48,084 nt of DNA from Ktedonobacterales bacterium (GCA_035642255.1 DASQSS010000381.1:1-48084); one strand, 5' to 3'. Shown: positions 27,937 through 36,898, counted from the stretch's first letter. Notes: generated by a model not told the origin, from the sequence alone. Translations and numbers: made by a program.

Positions 27937-29574
27937 ATGTCCAACTGGACGTTGACGGTGCGCCGCCAGGTTGACAAGCACTTCCCAAACGACCAGCTCT
28001 TGCCAGATCAGCAACCCGCATTTGTGCGCTCGTCCCTCTATCTGCTGGGCGCGGCGACCCTCGTCAGCTTCATTGTCGTCATTCTCAGCGGCGTCGTATT
28101 GGCGCTGTTCGGGCCACAGTGGTGGCATCAGTCCGCTGTAGGGCATTTCTTCAACAGCGTACACTTCTGGAGTGTTCAGGCGTTCTTCTTCTCCATGGCC
28201 CTCCACCTGTGGACGACGTTCTTCATGGGCGCCTGGCGCGATGGGCGCGCAAAGACCTGGATGATCGGAGTGCTGGCGTTCATCGTGAGCATTCTCACCG
28301 CGTTTACCGGCTATCTCTCGCAGACCAACTTTGACTCGCAGTGGATCGCGGTCTCGGCCAAAGACCTGATGAATTCCATGGGCGTCGGGGGGTTCTTCAA
28401 CCCGCTCAACTTCGGCCAGATGTACACCTATCACATCTTTGTGTTTCCGGCGCTCGTCGCCGCTATCATCGTTCTCCACGTCCTGCTGGTACGGCTGCGC
28501 GGCGTGGTGCGTCCTTACCCGGCTCGCGGCGAGCAGCGTGAAGCCTATCACAAGGGCATGACCCAGACGGAATACTTCCGCGGCGTGCGGATGGCGCCCT
28601 ATGACCTCATCCGCGAGGTCACGATCATTGGCGCTGTGATCCTTGTGCTGGTGGTGGTGTTCGCTGGCGTGTACTCATCTGGCGATGAGCGGCCACTGAC
28701 CCTGCAGAGTGTGGCGCAGAGCGATCCCGTTGGCTTCACCACCGTGAGCCTCTCTGAGCTGGACGGCAGCAGCGCGATCGCTGGCTACGGTCAGCCCTAT
28801 AACACCGCGACCGGCGCGACCCAGGCGCTGGGGCCAATCTCATTCCAGCAGCTGGGCGGCGTGACGATTCCGGTCGATACCGCGCAGGTGTATGTGTATG
28901 GGCCGCTGGCGACCATACACAATGAGTCCGTGCTGGCAGCGGTCGATACGTACAAAGCGGCGTCGGCTGATCAGCAGTCCAAATGGACCACCAGCTATTC
29001 CGACGCGCTAGCGAAAAACACCAACGAAGCGTTGGATGCGAACGGCGCCCTTGTCCTGCCAGCGGGCGATTACGGCCCACTGCCGACGATGTTCAACACA
29101 CTGCTTGTCAACGCGCGCAGCGGCTCGCTCGATGGCATTTTGCTGGCAAGCGGCACATTCTATCAGACGGACTACACCAAGTCGCTGCTCTTCCTGAATG
29201 AGAGCGCCCTGCCCGACAAAGCGAGCGCGGAGCATCTCGCGGGCGATCAGTGGGGCATGATGAATGAGCCGGGAGCCTATCCGGGGCAGGCGTGGCTTTG
29301 GCTCTACACACTGTGGTATCAGGTACCGGCGGGGCCGTTCAATGGGCCAAACGCTGACGTCGCGGTCGCGGTTGTGATGTTCATTCTCACCGCGCTGTTG
29401 TTCCTGGTACCGTTCATACCTGGCCTCGAAAGCCTGCCACGCTATCTGCGGCTCTACCGCGTCATCTGGCGCGATCACTATCGAGAAATGGAGCGTGGCC
29501 AGTCGCCTTCGGGTAGCGGAGTGCGCGCCGCTGGCGGGCCTATGGCGCGGCGCATGACGGGGCGCACACAGTAG
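27937..29574 (+). CDS. Cytochrome b6-like N-terminal domain fused to a large C-terminal extracytoplasmic region
   Basis: Four N-terminal helices with His pairs spaced H-x13-H (VHFWSVQAFFFSMALH) and H-x14-H (HIFVFPALVAAIIVLH). A fifth TM follows, then ~230 soluble residues and a last TM. Confidence 0.8.
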   Translation: MSNWTLTVRRQVDKHFPNDQLLPDQQPAFVRSSLYLLGAATLVSFIVVILSGVVLALFGPQWWHQSAVGHFFNSVHFWSVQAFFFSMALHLWTTFFMGAWRDGRAKTWMIGVLAFIVSILTAFTGYLSQTNFDSQWIAVSAKDLMNSMGVGGFFNPLNFGQMYTYHIFVFPALVAAIIVLHVLLVRLRGVVRPYPARGEQREAYHKGMTQTEYFRGVRMAPYDLIREVTIIGAVILVLVVVFAGVYSSGDERPLTLQSVAQSDPVGFTTVSLSELDGSSAIAGYGQPYNTATGATQALGPISFQQLGGVTIPVDTAQVYVYGPLATIHNESVLAAVDTYKAASADQQSKWTTSYSDALAKNTNEALDANGALVLPAGDYGPLPTMFNTLLVNARSGSLDGILLASGTFYQTDYTKSLLFLNESALPDKASAEHLAGDQWGMMNEPGAYPGQAWLWLYTLWYQVPAGPFNGPNADVAVAVVMFILTALLFLVPFIPGLESLPRYLRLYRVIWRDHYREMERGQSPSGSGVRAAGGPMARRMTGRTQ

Positions 29575-29616
29575 TCGCCAGCGTGTCTGGCGTTCACGGA
29601 GTCCAAGACGTGACGT

Positions 29617-29670
29617 GCCCTCGCCTTCTGTTCCCCTCATTTCATATGAGAGGGGTCAGGGGGTGAGGGC
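29617..29670. repeat. GC-rich REP-like imperfect palindromic element (copy 2)
   Basis: GCCCTCGCCTTCTGTTCCCCTCA / TTTCATA / TGAGAGGGGTCAGGGGGTGAGGGC. It shares the GGGTGAGGGCGC end with copy 1 and is followed by an 11-mer whose inverse recurs at 29817-29827. Confidence 0.6.
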
Positions 29671-29840
29671 GCGTCGCCATATGCGCTGGAGTGATCTGTT
29701 TTCGTGTCTCTCTGTGTTCCAGCGGCTTCCGCGTCGCTCACAGTGGCGTCACAAAGCGCGCGTCGTATGTCAACCTCCGCTCTCAGGGCAGGGCGCGGAT
29801 GCGTGACCGGTGTGCGGCGCATATGGCCCTCGCGCCTCGG

Positions 29841-29859
29841 CTGTGACGCGCCTGTGACG
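29841..29859 (+). promoter_or_regulatory. Direct repeat CTGTGACG x2 (11-bp period) upstream of USP-2
   Basis: CTGTGACG at 29841-29848 and 29852-29859. TGTGATCGTGA follows at 29890-29900. ~140 nt upstream of the USP-2 ATG. Confidence 0.35.
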
Positions 29860-29998
29860 TCGACGAGAGACTGCCAGGGGGAACTGTGCTGTGATCGTGA
29901 GCCACTGCCCATACAGTGATCAGTGGTGGAGTGGAATATAGCGCGACGCAACACCCTCGCGCTCCCTGGCATGTCTGGTCGCGGACAGGAGGAAATCG

Positions 29999-30922
29999 AT
30001 GTTCACACGAGTGCTGGCGCCCATTGACACGCATCCTGATGCGATTGTCTCGGTGGCATTGGCCGAGCAGATTGCGCGTCATACACACGCCGAGCTATTC
30101 CTCATGCGTGTCGTCCCGGATGCGACGTCGAAAGGCGACGTCGTCGCCCACAGGGAAAGTCTCGAGCGTTTGGCTGCGGACATCACCGTGCGTGGGGGAC
30201 TGGAACCGCATATCGAAGTGGTTACCGGTCGTCCTGACGCCCGCATCCTCGAAACCGCTGAGCGGGAGGATGTCGATCTAATTGTCCTCGCGCCGCATGC
30301 TCGCGCTGGACTCGACGCGCTTCGTCACCGCAGCGTCACGACCCGGCTGATCTCGCATACGGCGGTTCCCCTCCTCGTCGCGCCTGAGCACAACATCGGC
30401 TCCTGGCCCGCTGGGCTCCTCTCCGCGGCGACCTCGCTGGTGATCGTGCCCGTGGACGGCACAGCGCTCTCCGAGCAAGCTATTGGCATTGGCGAACGCA
30501 TCGCCGAGACATGGGAGCGCCCGCTGCTGCTGTTGCGGGTCATCGAGCCATTCAGCTTGTATGGCGCTGGACCGACGACGACGCTCCTGGAGCGGCAGCT
30601 CAGCGAGGAAGACGCTCAGCAGGCGCATAGCGTGCTGAGTAATCTGCGGGCGCGTGTGGCGCGGCAGACGAATGTCGCGGTGGAGGCGATGGTCAAGCAG
30701 GGCGCCGCGGATCGCGTCATCGCGCAAGCCGCCGATAGCTATCCGGGCAGCCTGATCGTGATGAGCACGCATGGACGCAAGGCGACCGAGCGTGCGGTGC
30801 TGGGGAGTGTCGCGCTGAATGTGTTGCGGCGCAGCCACGAGCCGACACTGATTCTGCCGCCTATGGCTGTCATGCGGCGGGCGATGGCGCATGCGGGCGC
30901 CACAGCCGAGTTGGAGTGGTAA
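29999..30922 (+). CDS. Universal stress protein, tandem USP domains (USP-2)
   Basis: Two USP halves (MFTRVLAPIDTHPD...; VIVPVDGTALSEQA...; MSTHGRKATERAVLGSVALNVLRR). GGAGGAAA SD upstream. Confidence 0.85.
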   Translation: MFTRVLAPIDTHPDAIVSVALAEQIARHTHAELFLMRVVPDATSKGDVVAHRESLERLAADITVRGGLEPHIEVVTGRPDARILETAEREDVDLIVLAPHARAGLDALRHRSVTTRLISHTAVPLLVAPEHNIGSWPAGLLSAATSLVIVPVDGTALSEQAIGIGERIAETWERPLLLLRVIEPFSLYGAGPTTTLLERQLSEEDAQQAHSVLSNLRARVARQTNVAVEAMVKQGAADRVIAQAADSYPGSLIVMSTHGRKATERAVLGSVALNVLRRSHEPTLILPPMAVMRRAMAHAGATAELEW

Positions 30923-30982
30923 GGCGCCAAACGGCAGGCGTAGTGTCGCGCGTGCACCGCGTTGTTGAAAGGATATGAGCGC

Positions 30983-33007
30983 ATGGTCACGTCTCCGATT
31001 GAACGGACGCCAAGAACGACGCCCGCAGAGGAGAGACCGCCCAGCGCGGGCGCGGAATCGCGCGCGACGACGCTCTGGCGTTTGGCGCGTCGCTATCCCA
31101 TTCCACTGGTCGCGGCGGGACTGCTGCTGATCAGCGGCATGCTCGCGCTGGCGGCTCCGGCGAACCTCTGGCGCTGGCCTCTGCTGCTGATTATCGTAGT
31201 TGGAGGCGCGCCGCTGCTGATCGAGACGGCGCGCCAACTTGTCCACCGTGAATTCGGCGTGGATCTGCTCGCCGCGATGGCCATCGTCGGTTCCCTGCTT
31301 CTCGGGGAGTATCTGGCGGGCGCGGTCATCGTGCTGATGCTCTCGGGCGGTGAGGCGCTCGAAGCATTCGCGCTGAGCCGCGCGCGCCGCTCGCTCTCCG
31401 CGTTGGCGGAGCGGGCGCCCCGTGTCGCGCACCTCTTCGTCAATGGTGAGCTGGTGACGGTCGCGGCTGACACAGTGGAGGTCGGCGCGCAGGTCATTGC
31501 CAAGCCAGGCGAGGTCATTCCCGTGGATGGCGTCGTGGCCGAGGGAAGCTCCAGTGTGAGCGAGGCTGACCTGACAGGTGAACCGGTCCCATTGCGCAAG
31601 GAGCCAGGGTCGCTCGTCCTCTCAGGCAGCCTCAATCTCGATAGCCCGTTGCGCATCAACGCAACCAAGCGCAGCGCCGAGAGCCAATACGCGCAGATCG
31701 TGCGGCTGGTTGAAGAGGCGCAAGCCAGCAAGGCGCCCATCCACCGCCTGGCTGATAGATATGCGGTGTGGTTCACTGCCATCGCGGTGGTCGTGGCCGC
31801 CGTCGCGTGGATCCGTACCGGGCAGCCAGTAGATGCGCTCGCTGTGCTGGTCGTCGCGACCCCCTGCCCGTTGATTCTGGCGACCCCGATCGCCATCATG
31901 TCTGGCATTGACCGCGCCGCGCGCGACGGCCTCATTACCAAGAGCGGCGCGACCATTGAAGATCTTGGCGGGGTCGATGTGGTCGTCTTTGATAAGACTG
32001 GAACCCTGACCCTGGGCATGCCAAAGCTGACCGAGGTGGCGGCGGTCTCTGTGGCGAGTGAAGGCGCCGCCACGATAGCGAGTAGAGCGACGCCTGATCA
32101 GGATACGCTGATCGCGCTGGCCGCTTCGGTCGAGCAATATTCGCCACACATTCTGGCGCGGGCTGTGGTTGACGCCGCGCACGAACGAGGCGCCCAATTG
32201 CGCGCTGTTACCGATATGCGCGAGATTCCCGGCCAGGGCATTGAGGGTAATGTCGCCTATGCCGACCACGGCGTTGACCAGATCAAGGTCGCGGTTGGCA
32301 ATCGCGCCTACCTGGGCAGCCTCGGCATTGACCTGCCCTCTGCCGTCACCGATGAACGGGCGCGCCGTACCGAGCAAGGGCAAATTGTGAGCTTCCTCGC
32401 GCTCGACGGTCAGTTCATGGGTCTGCTCGTCTTCGCTGATGTGCCACGCCCGGAGCTGGCGCAGCTCACGCCAGAGTTGAAGGCGGCAGGCATCAAGCAA
32501 ACGGTGCTCCTGACAGGCGACGGCGTGACCGTCGCGGAGCAAATTGGCAAGCTGGCGCACGTTGATCGTGTGGTGGCGCACTGCCTGCCAGAGAACAAAG
32601 TGGCCGTCGTGCGTGAGCTGCAGGAGAGCGGGAGCCATGTGCTTATGGTGGGTGATGGCGTCAACGACGCGCCTGCGCTGGCGACGGCGTCTGTGGGCAT
32701 CGCCATTGGTTCGCAAGGGCTGACAGCCGCCTCATCCGCCGCCGACGCGGTGCTACTCTCGCCGAACATCCTGCGCATCGCCTCGTCGGTGCGGCTGGGG
32801 CGTCAGGTAATGCGGGTCGCGCGCCAGGGCATCGGGATCGGCATTGGGTTGAGCATCATCGCGATGATTTTCGCCGCTTTAGGATATATTCCACCGACAG
32901 AGGGCGCGCTGCTGCAAGAGGTTATCGACGTGATCGTCATCCTCAACGCGCTGCGGGCGGGGCGACAGGGATTGAGGGAGGAGCGACATGGCGACCAAAC
33001 CCGCTAA
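30983..33007 (+). CDS. P1B-type heavy-metal P-type ATPase with TPCP transmembrane motif, no N-terminal metal-binding domain
   Basis: DKTGTLT, LLTGDG, GDGVNDAPAL. The TM metal site reads ATPCPLILATP (TPCP). The short N-terminus has no CxxC. The start is uncertain (ATG 30983 or TTG 30962). Confidence 0.9.
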   Translation: MVTSPIERTPRTTPAEERPPSAGAESRATTLWRLARRYPIPLVAAGLLLISGMLALAAPANLWRWPLLLIIVVGGAPLLIETARQLVHREFGVDLLAAMAIVGSLLLGEYLAGAVIVLMLSGGEALEAFALSRARRSLSALAERAPRVAHLFVNGELVTVAADTVEVGAQVIAKPGEVIPVDGVVAEGSSSVSEADLTGEPVPLRKEPGSLVLSGSLNLDSPLRINATKRSAESQYAQIVRLVEEAQASKAPIHRLADRYAVWFTAIAVVVAAVAWIRTGQPVDALAVLVVATPCPLILATPIAIMSGIDRAARDGLITKSGATIEDLGGVDVVVFDKTGTLTLGMPKLTEVAAVSVASEGAATIASRATPDQDTLIALAASVEQYSPHILARAVVDAAHERGAQLRAVTDMREIPGQGIEGNVAYADHGVDQIKVAVGNRAYLGSLGIDLPSAVTDERARRTEQGQIVSFLALDGQFMGLLVFADVPRPELAQLTPELKAAGIKQTVLLTGDGVTVAEQIGKLAHVDRVVAHCLPENKVAVVRELQESGSHVLMVGDGVNDAPALATASVGIAIGSQGLTAASSAADAVLLSPNILRIASSVRLGRQVMRVARQGIGIGIGLSIIAMIFAALGYIPPTEGALLQEVIDVIVILNALRAGRQGLREERHGDQTR

Positions 33008-34124
33008 TGACCAGAAGCGCTATCTGGTGAACCTGCGCGAGGAACGCGATTCCTCGGCGCTCTATCGTGGCCTGGCGGAGATCGAGAAGGACCCACGCCT
33101 GGCGGACGTCTATCGGCGCATGTCCGAGGTTGAGAGCCGCCACGCCGCCACCTGGGGCGCCCTGCTGCGCGACGCGGGGCAATCCGCGCCGCCGGATGCG
33201 CCGACCTTGCGTGTGCGGACGCTGCTCTGGATGGCGCGACGCTTCGGCGCGGGCATGGTCTTGCCGATGATCGCCTCATCTGAGCGCGGCGCCAGCCACA
33301 GCTACGATGCGCAGCCTGAAGCGCGAGCCGCTGGCATGCCCGCCGATGAGCGCTCACACGAGCGCGTCTTTGGCATGCTGCTGCAAACGACGAAGGGCGG
33401 AGTCGCTGGCTCTGTGCTTGCGCAGCTCGAAGGGCGTCACCGTGGCACGTCGGGCGGCAATGCCTTGCGCGCAGCGGTGCTCGGCTCCAGCGACGGGCTG
33501 ACCTCCAATCTGAGCCTCGTGATGGGTGTCGCGGGCGCATCGCTCCAGCCGCACCAAATCCTGCTCACTGGACTTGCAGGACTGCTGGCTGGCGCGCTCT
33601 CGATGGCGATTGGCGAATGGCTCTCCGTGCAGAGCGCTCGCGAGCTGTATGGCAGCCAGATCAATGTCGAGCGCCAGGAGTTGGAGGCGAGGCCGGAGGA
33701 AGAGCGCGAGGAGCTCTCGCTGATCTATCAGGCCAAGGGACTAGACGCCGCCGCCGCGAATGATCTGGCCGCGCGCATCGTCTCGGACCCGACGACCGCG
33801 CTCGATACCCTCGCGCGCGAGGAGCTGGGTATTGATCCAAAGGAACTGGGCGGCTCAGCGTGGGAAGCGGCTATCGCATCGTTCATGCTGTTCGCGGTTG
33901 GCGCGATCATTCCAGTCATTCCGTTCATTTTTCTGGCAGGCCTGACCGCTGTCGCGGTCAGTATTGGGCTGAGCATTCTGGGGCTGTTCACCATTGGCGC
34001 GGGCATCACGCTGACCACGGGCTCGCCGCTGTGGAAGGCGAGTGGCCGTCAGATCATCATGGGAATCGCCGCCGCGCTGATTACGTTCGGCCTGGGTCGC
34101 CTGGTTGGTGGTGCGCTCGGTTGA
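32988..34124 (+). CDS. Erythrin/ferritin-like domain fused to VIT1/CCC1 transporter (MbfA-like iron exporter)
   Basis: The N-terminal four-helix region has two ExxH motifs (EVESRH, DERSHE). The C-terminus is a polytopic VIT1-like domain (LGSSDGLTSNLSLVMG...). The ATG overlaps the ATPase 3' end by 20 nt, with a GGGAGGAG SD. Confidence 0.85.
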   Translation: MATKPANDQKRYLVNLREERDSSALYRGLAEIEKDPRLADVYRRMSEVESRHAATWGALLRDAGQSAPPDAPTLRVRTLLWMARRFGAGMVLPMIASSERGASHSYDAQPEARAAGMPADERSHERVFGMLLQTTKGGVAGSVLAQLEGRHRGTSGGNALRAAVLGSSDGLTSNLSLVMGVAGASLQPHQILLTGLAGLLAGALSMAIGEWLSVQSARELYGSQINVERQELEARPEEEREELSLIYQAKGLDAAAANDLAARIVSDPTTALDTLAREELGIDPKELGGSAWEAAIASFMLFAVGAIIPVIPFIFLAGLTAVAVSIGLSILGLFTIGAGITLTTGSPLWKASGRQIIMGIAAALITFGLGRLVGGALG

Positions 34125-34419
34125 GTCGCGCCCGACTAAATCGCTCCCGGCAGAATTGAGGCTGGTGGGTGAGAGGACATCGAGAAACCTGGTTGATGCG
34201 CTGTGACACGTCTGTGAGCGGCGCGGCATAGGCTCTGAGTATGAGGCGATGCCCCCACCTGAGGGCGGAGCGCACAGAGAGTGATAACCATGGCACAGCG
34301 CTGGCACGGTCGCGCTCCGGCTCGAAACGTCGGACGATGATACTCCAGGCAGCGTCGCTTGAGAGCGAATCAATCATCACTCATCGGGCGCCCCGCCCTC
34401 AGGCTATTCAAGAACCATG

Positions 34420-34432
34420 CATGCAATGCATG
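34420..34432. promoter_or_regulatory. Palindrome CATGCA-A-TGCATG within an ATGCAT-rich cluster
   Basis: Read directly from the sequence. The cluster CATGCATGCAATGCATGTGTGCATG spans 34416-34440, ~55 nt upstream of the ATG at 34492. Confidence 0.35.
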
Positions 34433-34491
34433 TGTGCATGTTCACGGATGGAGCCCGCGACCGAACATGCGGGCACAGAAGGAGCGACGAC

Positions 34492-34776
34492 ATGACAACG
34501 CTGTTCACGTCTGGCAATCCGCTAAGGGATAACACGTTGACGACCGCCACCGCTACAAAGGTCACCACGCCAGCGGCGGAGGCGCCGATCGATACGAGCG
34601 CGTTGGCCGATGACGCTTATCTCGCCGAGCGGCTAGACGCCGAGCGGCTGGATCGGCAGGCGCGGCGGATCGCTACCATTGTCGCGTCGGCGCTGCTCGT
34701 CGCCGCCTTCGCAACGGGCGCTGCGACAATTCTGGTGCGGCGCTACGCGAAACAGCGCGGCGAGGCCGCCCTATAG
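34492..34776 (+). CDS. Hypothetical tail-anchored membrane protein (94 aa)
   Basis: ATG 34492 lies 7 nt after AAGGAG. C-terminal TM IATIVASALLVAAFATGAATILV. No family recognised. Confidence 0.4.
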   Translation: MTTLFTSGNPLRDNTLTTATATKVTTPAAEAPIDTSALADDAYLAERLDAERLDRQARRIATIVASALLVAAFATGAATILVRRYAKQRGEAAL

Positions 34777-34829
34777 GGCCGCAGGGCGACATGCTCGCGG
34801 CTCCGCTACCATCGCGGAGGGAGGGCGCC

Positions 34830-35738
34830 ATGTTCGAGCGTATGCTTGCCGCAGTTGATGAGTCAGCGCGCGCGGAGCAGGTCATGCGCATGGGCCGCGC
34901 TCTGGCGCAGGATTCAGGTGGCGCGCTGATCGTGCTGCGGGTGCGTCCGGACCCGCCAGTGCTCGACCGCGTGACCAACGGCGACGTGGCGCTGGCGGAG
35001 CAGACGGGCGCCCTGCGCGCAGCGGGCATCGCGGCCCACTATCTCGTGCACGCTGGCAGCCCCGAGCGGCAAATCATCGAGACGGCGCGTCAGCAGCGAT
35101 CCACGCTGATCATCATCGCGGCGCGCGAGAATGGTCCGCATCTGGCGCCACGCCGACGCATGACGGACCGGCTGGCTGCTCGAGCGCCCGCGCCACTGCT
35201 GGTCATTCCAGAGGACAACTCCCAGGCGTCAGTGGCGTCAACGGACGTGGACGGGACTGAGTTCTTCGGCCCCGATGGAGCGCCCGTCCTAGTCGCACTG
35301 GATGGCTCACCCCTGGCGGAGCGTGCGCTGCCCTACGCGGCGGAGCTTGCGGCGCGACTTGGGCGCCCGCTGGCGCTGCTGCGCGTCGCCTCGCCACTGC
35401 GCTCGCAAGAACAACTCGCCGAGGCCTGGTCGTATGTGGAGAGCGCGCGGCGGCGTGTGCGTGAGCGAATCTCGCGTGATCTATCGATTGACGCGCAGGT
35501 GGTCGTCGGCGCGCCGATCGACGAACTGCTCTGGGCGGTCGAGGGGCGGAGAGCGTGCGCTATCGTTCTGACGGCGCGGGGTCAGCACGAGGGGCGTCCG
35601 CAGCGCGCTAGCGCCATCACGCTTGACGTAGTGCGCAAGCTGCGGATTCCCGCGCTTATCATTCCCTCGCCTGTGCTCGCATCTGATCCTCAGGTGGAAT
35701 TGCAGCCAGCTAAAGGCCTTGGCGATAGGGCGCCATAG
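34830..35738 (+). CDS. Universal stress protein, tandem USP domains (USP-3)
   Basis: MFERMLAAVDES... and VLVALDGSPLAERALPYAAELA... halves. ATG 34830 follows GGAGGGAGGG. Confidence 0.85.
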   Translation: MFERMLAAVDESARAEQVMRMGRALAQDSGGALIVLRVRPDPPVLDRVTNGDVALAEQTGALRAAGIAAHYLVHAGSPERQIIETARQQRSTLIIIAARENGPHLAPRRRMTDRLAARAPAPLLVIPEDNSQASVASTDVDGTEFFGPDGAPVLVALDGSPLAERALPYAAELAARLGRPLALLRVASPLRSQEQLAEAWSYVESARRRVRERISRDLSIDAQVVVGAPIDELLWAVEGRRACAIVLTARGQHEGRPQRASAITLDVVRKLRIPALIIPSPVLASDPQVELQPAKGLGDRAP

Positions 35739-35805
35739 CGTCGTATGCTTCTGGCATGAGGCGCCAGGGGATGGCGCGGGTGCTGTGAGAAACGGAGCGG
35801 AAGCC

Positions 35806-36690
35806 ATGGCACAGGCGGATGGTCACGTCATACTGACGCCACTCGACGGCTCAGAGATGTCGGAGTTCGCGGTTCCTTATACCGCTGAGGTTGCGAGGGC
35901 ACTGGGCGCGACGGTTCTGATAGCGCGCATCGTCGAGCGCACGCGTTGGAGCGCCGCAAGCTCCGGCTACATGATGTCGCCAGGCGCCTATACGGAGCTG
36001 CTGGAGCTTGATGAGCGCGACGCGCAGGCGCAGACCCATCGCGTGGTCGAGCGACTGACGGCGCAGGGTGTGGCAGCGCGCGGCCTCGTGGAGGACGCCG
36101 ACCTGCCCGCCGATCTCATCGACATCGAGAGGCGAGAGCATGTCTCACTGGTAGTCATGGCGACTCACGCGCGCAGTGGGCTCGCGCGGGTGACACTGGG
36201 CAGCGTCGCTGATCAGCTTGTGCGTCATGGCCGCTGCCCAACCTTGCTGGTACGGGCGCATGGCGCCTTGCCAGAGCGGCCAGCGCTTGCCCGCGCGCTC
36301 ATCCCGCTGGACGGCTCGGCAGTGAGCGAGCTGGCGTTGGCGGAACTGGCGAACGTGGCGGGTACGCTGGTGAAGCAGGTCACGCTGCTGCGAGTCATCG
36401 GCCCGGAGGAGCGCAGCGGAGCCTCCGCCGAGGGACATCGCGCGTTGGAGGCGGCGCGTGAGCGGGTCGAGCGCGCGTCTGAGTCGCTGCGTGGGCAGGT
36501 CAAGACGCTCGTGATGTGGGGACAGGTCGCGCAGCAGGTCCTCGACGAATCGGCGCGCCACGATCTCATCATCATGGCGACCCACGGCGCGGGTGGCGCG
36601 ACCCGCTGGGCATTTGGCAGCGTCGCGGATCAAGTTCTCAGTGAAGCGCAGGCGCCGCTGCTGCTCACGCGGCCTCATCACAAACCATAA
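35806..36690 (+). CDS. Universal stress protein, tandem USP domains (USP-4)
   Basis: VILTPLDGSEMSEFAVPY..., MATHARSGLARVTLGSVADQLVRH, and a second half ending MATHGAGGATRWAFGSVADQVL. Confidence 0.85.
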   Translation: MAQADGHVILTPLDGSEMSEFAVPYTAEVARALGATVLIARIVERTRWSAASSGYMMSPGAYTELLELDERDAQAQTHRVVERLTAQGVAARGLVEDADLPADLIDIERREHVSLVVMATHARSGLARVTLGSVADQLVRHGRCPTLLVRAHGALPERPALARALIPLDGSAVSELALAELANVAGTLVKQVTLLRVIGPEERSGASAEGHRALEAARERVERASESLRGQVKTLVMWGQVAQQVLDESARHDLIIMATHGAGGATRWAFGSVADQVLSEAQAPLLLTRPHHKP

Positions 36691-36898
36691 GGCGACACGC
36701 ATAGCTGTGTAGGCCGCCACGGTCAGCGGAAGGGCGACGAAAGTTTTACGCCATTTCACTGAGCGTGGCGGCTCGTTCTGTGACCCATCTCTCAATACGC
36801 GCCCGAGCCATGTGAAACGATGAAGACACAAGGAAGACACGAGCGGATGCAGGTCGCGCCTCTCACGGGATGACGCAAAGCGTGACATTGACGCCTGG

